This document shows, piece by piece, positions 55,411 through 64,000 of a stretch of DNA of 64,000 bases; the stretch's first letter is position 1; the number at the start of each line of letters is the position of its first letter. The notes under the pieces were generated by a model that saw only the letters and a program-made list of their open reading frames with translations, ran no database searches and was not told where the DNA came from. Source of the DNA: Eledone cirrhosa (Eukaryota); assembly GCA_964016885.1 (NCBI GenBank), contig OZ024742.1:57164001-57228000 (forward strand), written 5' to 3'. A program made the position numbers and the translations under genes.

Positions 55411-56345
55411 ATAATGAACAGTAGAGATGACAGTACGCACTTTTAGCCGAAGTCCGACTCCCACATTAAATGGTTTCGATTTAGCACCATTTATCCGAAC
55501 ACAAATATTCGAGCATTCATATAAAGATATCAAGACAGCAAGAAGCTGACCATTGATCCCATACAGCTGCAGAACCTTCCACAGCGGGTCCCGAGGAACG
55601 CATTCATATGCCTTTTCAGGGGCTAAAAACAAGTACATACCTCTTGGTAATACTTCCACGATTTCTCGAAGACAAGCCGTAATGTGAATATTTGGTTGGC
55701 TATGCTGCGTCCGTGCGAAAACAGCACGGTTCATCAGTTAGATGGACTCGACAATATCCCAACATCTCTTTGCCAGACACTTAGCGTAGGCTTTACCGAG
55801 GAGGCTTAACAAGGAGATCCCTTTGTAACTGGAACGATCTATTAAGCCTCCCTTTTAGAAAATTGGAATTATCATTCATGATTGCCATTGCACACACACG
55901 ATTCAACCAGAGAATACCTTCTCTATTTAAGACTTTTAACATCTCGGGCGGGTTTTATATTCCCCATCTGGCATGCCATATTTGAGCTCTTTAACTGCTC
56001 TTTTGATCTCAGCCGCCGAGAAATTAGTTACCGTTCCCAGATGCACCTTGTGTACATCAGAAACTTGGCTTAGAAATAAGTCATCCTTCTTGGACTTGCG
56101 TTACAAGCAGGTGTGAGGAATCGCAGCAGAGACAGTTAAGGCGTCCAAATTTAAGACATTGGAGGACTTTGGGGTTAAGCTAAAATCCGACTTCCGATCA
56201 GCAAATAAAATGTTCTGGCAGACCATCCGTCGACTTCATAATAAGTCCTACTCCACACCTGCTATCAGGAACGCGTCTGAGGTTCTCGTCAGAGATGTGC
56301 ATCCTCGCGAGATGGAGGGAATAATTTGCTGATCTCCTAAACATA
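55410..56345. mobile_element. RTE LINE fragment with internal inversion
   Basis: Minus 55410-55875: [23 protein letters not shown]. Plus 55880-56345: WEDFGVKL..MFWQTIRRL..RWRE. Confidence 0.75.
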
Positions 56346-56713
56346 AAAAATCAAACCATCTTAATATCCAATATCAATCAAAGCATACATCGAACAAAAC
56401 AACCCTTTTTAAGTGATATTTCAGATATCAGTTATACTTTGAACACAATGACCCACTCGTGTAACATGTTCTAGGGGATGGAATATATCTGGATATGGGT
56501 GGCATTTCTGGTTTATCTTGGAGGAAGTCCAGGTAAAATGTTTAAAGGGTACAAGAGGGTTTCCTTCTTGATGTGCTTCCATATGATGTTGAAGAATACA
56601 GGGACAATTGATGAAAAATAGTTCTGTCGTAATTTTGTTGTGATGCAATCTCGATTATATATGTGTGTGTATGTACGTGTGTATCTCTCTTCCTCTCTCT
56701 CTTTCTCTCATTC

Positions 56714-56778
<65 letters not shown>

Positions 56779-56996
56779 ATAAATATAACACACAAATACA
56801 CACACATGCACGCATACATACATGCACGCATACATACATACAGACAGACAGACAACAGACACACATACTTACATACATATGTATACATATATATATGCAT
56901 AAACATATGTACGTATATGTATGCATAAACATATGTACGTATTCACAAAAAGGGAGTGGGAGTCATTATAACAAACATCGTCATCGTTATCATAAT

Positions 56997-57029
<33 letters not shown>

Positions 57030-57352
57030 AATCATTATCATTCATAGATAATTGAATGTTGTGTTCCGAAAATATTGCTTCAGGTTGCCAAACTTCCGTT
57101 GGACTTGAACCAATGTAATTTCAGAAAGTGGTTCATGTAGTAGACCTTTGTTAAAGCAAAAACATATTAAACAAATAAATTAATGAATAACGAAAATAAA
57201 AAGAAGCCATGACAGATAGAAAAACAAACAATGAATGGAATAAAGGAAGCCAAAAGGAAATAATGAATGAATTATGGAAAGAAAATGCTTGAGTAATGAA
57301 CGTTTTATTATACAATGTTACTTTTTGCATAGTTTGCAATTATGTATGTGCC

Positions 57353-57436
<84 letters not shown>

Positions 57437-57753
57437 TGTGTTTGTTTGTGTGGGTGGGTGTATGAGTGAGAGTGTGTGTGAGTGAGTGTGTGTGTGAGTG
57501 CGTGTGTGTGGGTGGATGTGTGAGTGTGTGTGTGTTTGTGTGTGGGTGTGTATGTATATATATATATATATATATATGCAGTGGATTGCCAGTATCGGTA
57601 GAGCTTTGGACACCATGCTCGGCAGCATAGAGTTACGACCCTTTACAGTTCAAATCCCGCCGAAGTTATCTCTGCCTTTCAACTTTACGGGGTTGATAAA
57701 ATAAAGTACCAGTAACTCTCTTCCGAAATTGTTGGGCTTGTTTTTGGCATAAG

Positions 57754-57850
<97 letters not shown>

Positions 57851-57975
57851 TTCATAGGGATATATGTATATAATTAGACATAGTCACAGATACATATATG
57901 AGTGTGTCTACCGTTCACGGTGTGGCTCAATGAAGAATTAATTAAGCAAATAATCACTAATCAGAGCTATATGTA

Positions 57976-58647
57976 AAATTGCAAGTTTGAAGAAGTGTTA
58001 GATAAAATATAAAATACAGTCTTTCTTCTCCCTAGACCGTAGAAATCAACCACATAAATAATCCTTTAAACGAGGCTATAAGTTTAAGAAATAATAGACA
58101 AATGATACAGACTATCTCCCGCGAGGGACAACCAGATAAAATTTATCTAGTCAATCCTTTTAACCCTCTACCTTGACCCCTAGCCACGTGATAATTCTTA
58201 GCCATTTTTTTATTCATTTCTGGCGGGTATCACGGTAGAAATTTTAGTTCAGACTCGAGGTGTCTCTTGATAAGCTCCAAGCCTTGTGGATAAATCCAGC
58301 ATCGGATATATCCGCAAAAAAGGGACGAAACTGCCGGCAGTCGGGACTAGACGAATGTTGGTAAAGTTTATATGCATTTTTTCTTCTAACTTCTATTTTA
58401 AACCTAACTTCGTGTAGTTGATAATTTGTCTGGTCAATTTCTACGGGCTAAAAGGAAAGACTAGGTAAATTTTATCTTGCTGTCCCTCGCGGAAGATAGT
58501 CTGTATCATTTGTCTATTCTTTCTTCATAGTTACATTTTAAACTTAGAGGTTCGTTTAAATGATTATTTATGTGGTTGAGGTTGATTTCTATGGACGAAG
58601 GAGAGGAAAGACTGTATATATTTTATCTAATAATTCTTCAAACTTGC

Positions 58648-58653
<6 letters not shown>
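57976..58653 (+). mobile_element. Inverted-repeat element enclosing a hammerhead
   Basis: Diverged arms ~57976-58170 / 58440-58653. HHR at 58262-58347. Confidence 0.75.
58262..58347 (+). ncRNA. Type I hammerhead, U3-A8 core, branched stem II
   Basis: GTCTC TTGATAA GCTCC[two hairpins]GGGAC GAAA CTGC CG GCAG TC GGGAC. Confidence 0.65.
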
Positions 58654-58742
<89 letters not shown>

Positions 58743-58775
58743 TGAGAAAAACCACAGACCCTCCATCTCCACTCA

Positions 58776-58813
58776 CCTTTTGAAAAGCAGAAGAACTGCG
58801 AAACCGGTAAAGG
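58776..58813 (+). ncRNA. Minimal type I hammerhead, U3-A8 core
   Basis: CCTT TTGAAAA GCAG aagaa CTGC GAAAC CG GTA AAGG. Confidence 0.7.
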
Positions 58814-59109
58814 AACCAAATAAATATATATATTTTTAAAAAAAATAAGACTCCAGTTGCATTTTCGATTTCATCTCTTTTTCTTTATACTTTCACTCGT
58901 GTAGGACACCTCGGTTATTTTTCATTTTGTAAAAAAGACCTCACTTTCTAATATATATATATATATAAGGAAAAGAAATTGAAAATGCAACTGGAGTCTT
59001 TTTAAGAAAAGGACTCCTGTTGCATTTTCGATTTCTTTTCCTTATACTTTCACCCGTGTAGGACATCCCGTTTTTCTATTTTAAAAAAACTCTTTCTTTT
59101 ATATATATA

Positions 59110-59515
59110 TATAAACGTATGCCAAAATCAAACTCTATTTAGAGGAGTATAAGTCAGACAGATTAAAATAAGAAAGTCTCACTCATATAAAAATTTGCTC
59201 ATATAAAAATCTGCATACCGTGTTTTCAAAAATGGAAGAAGCAGTAGCGGAATTCAAATTTTTGGAATAACCAATACTGTAAGAATTCGTTTTACGTCAG
59301 GGGAGTATTCTTTGGAAAAGAGGAGTATTATTGATCATAAAGTAGTTTCGACAACGAAATGGTAAGCATACTTTATGATCAATACTCGTCTTTTCCAAAG
59401 AATACACCCCTGACGAAAAACGAATTCTTACAATATTGGTTATCCCAATGATTTGAAATAACTGCTACTATTTCTGTTTGATAGAGATTTTTTTTTTTTT
59501 TGGCATAAGTTTAAT
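59110..59515. repeat. Imperfect palindromic element
   Basis: Core arms ~59240-59344 / 59369-59470. Outer ends tatgccaaaa / ttttggcata. Confidence 0.75.
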
Positions 59516-59630
59516 ATGTAAAATTACTTCTCTGAATGATATCTTATCTGTATATTTTATCCATTCATTGAGATATCTAAGTATTAGAAACAAATAACTT
59601 CTTAATTAATATATATATATATATATATAT

Positions 59631-60270
59631 TCCTGTGCTGAAATACGATTCTCGCTAATTTATATTTGTATTAATCTCCAGAGTCTAGCTATTGAGCAGT
59701 TAATTTTATTGATTTTTTTTAGTTGCTTCTATTGACTGTTGAATAGCTCTGTTATATTTAACCATTCTGTCGAGAGCTTTATTCGATTTGTGATATTTTG
59801 CATTCTCGCAATATTATACACAACTGAATCATTCGCAAAATAGAGGTGTTGCCTCCCTTGCTGAACTCCACGTGGGGTCTGTAATAGACACACGTTCTAT
59901 AGCATCCTAGAACAAAACCCGTTGATAATACGACTTCCTTGTTCATCATCTTACCTGAAGCCAGACATTCTTTATGGAGGCGGACAGTACCTGATTTTGG
60001 AGTCGCAGAAACCAATACTGGATTTTACCATCAGTCGAGGGTCCGGGAAAGTATCAACACATATATTTTTATTGTTTGACCCGAATTACTTGGTCGTTTG
60101 TTTTGGCTGTGCGGATGATATGTTTAACCATCATCTCAGTGTGTTTGGCCCTTAACGTATGTTGTAGCTCTGATTCACATGAATCATCGAGCGCTTGCTA
60201 CACGTATCGGATGTTGATTTTCGTTAATTCCTGTGCTGAAATACGATTCTCGCTAATTTATATTTATATA
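59631..60270. mobile_element. Family A repeat, inverted and diverged, with ~38-bp terminal direct repeat
   Basis: tcctgtgctgaaatacgattctcgctaatttatattt occurs at 59631 and 60229. Confidence 0.8.
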
Positions 60271-60821
60271 TATATTGAATTATTTTCCCATATCTTACGT
60301 TAAATATTTTCCATATTGACGTTATAGTCACTTATATATTATGAAATAATTGTTTCTATTTTAGGCACAAGGCCAGCAATTACCCAGTACATTACTGGTA
60401 CTTTATTTTATCGACCCCGTAAGGATGAAAGGCAAAGTTAACCTCGGCGGGATTTGAACTCAGATTATGAAATATATTATGAAATAATGTTGGCTTCTTG
60501 CTCACATTAATTTCTCTATTTTCATTTATATTTATACTCGGAATTTTCCCTAGAGTGCTTAAAATTATTTGTGACTAATCCCGGTCTTTTTTTTTTAAAC
60601 CGCGATAATATTGCTTTATGCTGAACTCCATACATTTTGTTGAGTTTTTTCGGAATGTTTTGACTGGTGTTTCTTGTAAACAGACATTCGTCTCATTCTG
60701 ACGTCACTAGCTCTGATCTGCATGTGTGTTTATTATCTTAATTCCACACGAGGTGTACAAGTCTGCTTTTAAATTCCCTTTCTGGCATATTTTAGTAGTG
60801 ATTTTGGTTATCGTGTTTGAG

Positions 60822-60900
60822 CTCTACTGATGAACGGTTCCAACCGTGACTAACCCCACTGAAAAGTTTCGTGAAATAGTCTTTTTAAGACTATATAGAG
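60822..60900 (+). ncRNA. Type I hammerhead with stable stem III
   Basis: CTCTA CTGATGA ACGG[31 nt]TCGT GAA ATAGTCTT ttt AAGACTAT A TAGAG. Confidence 0.75.
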
Positions 60901-61083
60901 AATTTCCAAATTGAAGGATAAGTATTTAACCTTAATTTTATTCTAAGTTAAGACTCTATTGGTTTTTTACCTGGATTTCACAAAATCTGTGGATAAAATT
61001 TCTGTCTTGAATTTTTTTGAATTGCGATTGAATTATTTTCCCATATCTTACGTTAAATATTTTCGATCTTGACGTTATAGTCA

Positions 61084-61157
<74 letters not shown>

Positions 61158-61163
<6 letters not shown>

Positions 61164-62925
61164 TATGTATACGTACATACATATATGTATACAGACGTAC
61201 AGTAGTATGTATATATATACACAAACATGCACACATATATATATGTACGTATGGATTCACCAAACATTTATTATAATGCTCGGTGTGTTTGTAAACAAAC
61301 ATCCCGTATTAAGCCATAGTGTCTAGCAACCACCGTTGCTCGTTTGTTCAACACTGACAAAGGAAGGCTGTACTAGTTTCAAGCTTGTTAGCTATCGTCA
61401 GCAACGTATACCATCCTGCCAGATAGTTGAACGTCCGAAAGCATATACTTTCCTTATGTATATTAACGGCTGAGTAGCCCAATTTGCATATCGAGTGGGT
61501 TAATCGGCCGGGTGCACCGAAAACGATAAACGGAAAAAATGAAACGAAATTTCATTTCCCACTCTTAGTACGGCTGTTACTTAAATATAAGTATGTATAC
61601 GTACATACATATATGTATACAGACATACAGTAGTATGTATATATATATATACATACATGCACACATATATATATGTACGTATCGATTCACCAAACATTTA
61701 TTATAATGCTCGGTGTGTTTGTAAACAAATATCCCGTATTAAGCCGTAGTGTCTAGCAACCACCGTTGCTCGTTTGTTCAACACCGACAAAGGAACGCTG
61801 TACTAGTTTCAAGCTTGTTAGCTATCGTCAGCAACGTATACCTTCCTGCCAGATAGTTGAACGTCCGAAAGTATATACTTTCCTTACGATAGCTAACAAG
61901 CTTGAAACTAGTACAGCGTTCCTTTGTCAGTGTTGAACAAACGAGCAACGGTGGTTGCTAGACACTACGGCTTAATACGGGATGCTTGTTTACAAACACA
62001 CCGAGCATTATAATAAATGTTTGGCGAATCGATACGTACATATATATATGTGTGCATGTATGTATATATATATATATACATACTACTGTACGTCTGTATA
62101 AATATATGTATGTACGTATACATACTTATATTTAAGTAACAGCCGTACTAAGAGTGGGAAATGAAATTTCGTTTCATTTTTTCCGTTTATCGTTTTTGGT
62201 GCACCCGGCCGATTAACCCACTCGATATGCAAATTGGGCTAATCGGCCGGGTGCACCGAAAACGATAAACGGAAAAAATGAAACGAAATTTCATTTCCCA
62301 CTCTTAGTACGGCTGTTACTTAAATATAAGTATGTATACGTACATACATATATGTATACAGACGTACAGTAGTATGTATATATATATATATACATACATG
62401 CACACATATATATATGTACGTATCGATTCACCAAACATTTATTATAATGCTCGGTGTGTTTGTAAACAAGCATCCCGTATTAAGCCGTAGTGTCTAGCAA
62501 CCACCGTTGCTCGTTTGTTCAACACCGTCAAAGGAACGCTGTACTAGTTTCAAGCTTGTTAGCTATCGTAAGGAAAGTATATACTTTCGGACGTTCAACT
62601 ATCTGGCAGGAAGGTATACGTTGCTGACGATAGCTAACAAGCTTGAAACTAGTACAGCGTTCCTTTGTCGGTGTTGAACAAACGAGCAACGGTGGTTGCT
62701 AGACACTACGGCTTAATACGGGATGTTTGTTTACAAACACACCGAGCATTATAATAAATGTTTGGTGAATCGATACGTACATATATATATGTGTGCATGT
62801 ATGTATATATATATATATACATACTACTGTATGTCTGTATACATATATGTATGTACGTATACATACTTATATTTAAGTAACGGCCGTACTAAGAGTGGGA
62901 AATGAAATTTCGTTTCATTTTTTCT

Positions 62926-62927
<2 letters not shown>
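61158..62927. mobile_element. Family B tandem and nested-inverted array (retrozyme-like)
   Basis: 430-nt period. Complete HHRs at 61365-61407(-), 61795-61837(-) and 62618-62660(+). Orientation flips at ~61886, ~62241 and ~62569. Confidence 0.9.
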
Positions 62928-62961
<34 letters not shown>

Positions 62962-62966
<5 letters not shown>

Positions 62967-63191
62967 TGTATATATAGTGTATTTTGCAATACACTGTATG
63001 CTTAATTAAAAGCTTTTCGAAAACCTTATGCAATTGTTTTAGAGTAGTGACAGTCTCACTTACTTTAATTTTCAGCAAACAGGGGAGATAAAGCTGACAG
63101 AGCTCTGTTTCGCATTTCTTTATGCTTATCAAAGCTAACTACTCCTCCTCTTTGTTGAAAATCATGAATGTTTGATTCTCATAGAATTCTA

Positions 63192-63269
<78 letters not shown>

Positions 63270-63768
63270 CTATATACAATATTAAATAAATGGAAAACTA
63301 TATTTATTTAATATTGTAAATATACTCCAAGTATTTGTCGAGTGCTTTTATATCAGTTATAAATATTTACTAGTTGTAACCCAACAATTTTAAATATAAC
63401 TTTACATATATCGCTATATATATATATCGCTATTTCAGAGCACCAATTCTAATTTTCAATTTCTGCTTGACCTGCCACCGCTCTGTATAATCAGTTACTG
63501 ATTATTACTAGAATTCTATAAGAATCAAACATTCATGATTTTCAGCAAACAGGAGGAGTAGTTAGCTTTGATAAGCATCAAAAAATGCGAAACAGAGCTA
63601 TGTCAGCTTTATCTCCCCTGTTTGCTGAAAATTAAAGTGAGACTGTCACTACTCTAAAACAATAGCATAAGGTCTTCGAAATGCTTTTAATTAAGCATAC
63701 AGTGTATTGCAAAATACAATATATATACATTCATATATATATCGCTATTTCAGAGCACCAATTCTAAT

Positions 63769-63775
<7 letters not shown>
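62962..63775. mobile_element. Inverted-arm element (family C) with U3-A8 hammerheads
   Basis: Arms 62962-63193 / 63508-63735. HHRs at 63092-63136(-) and 63564-63608(+): AGCT TTGATAA GCAT n6 ATGC GAAA CAGAGCT(C/A)TG TC AGCT. Confidence 0.85.
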
Positions 63776-63847
<72 letters not shown>

Positions 63848-63893
63848 CATGCATTTCTGTTTCTCTCTCTTTCTCACTCACTCTCTTTCACAG

Positions 63894-63954
<61 letters not shown>

Positions 63955-64000
63955 TGGTACATATACGTGTGTGTGTGTGTGTGTCTGTGTCTGTGTCTGT

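Overview
Eukaryotic, AT-rich, microsatellite-dense DNA with no recognisable host gene, so probably an intron or intergenic region. The SINE and microsatellite make-up suggests an octopus or other cephalopod (inference). Almost all long ORFs in the track are translations of (TA)n/(CA)n repeats. Real coding remnants are all transposons: Penelope-like elements (two Naiad-type RT + GIY-YIG copies, one with an uninterrupted 686-aa ORF), Tx1/L1-like, R4/Dong-like and RTE LINEs, and a decayed hAT-like transposase. The main signal is non-coding. Reading by eye finds more than 20 type I hammerhead ribozyme (HHR) motifs on both strands, from about ten families. They sit in short, mostly palindromic elements inserted in (TA)n. 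Highlights are a 430-nt tandem retrozyme-like unit that forms a palindrome of a palindrome, three unrelated HHR families with a U3-A8 covariant core, and HHRs with very long or branched stem II. All structures were read manually, and none was folded computationally or tested.
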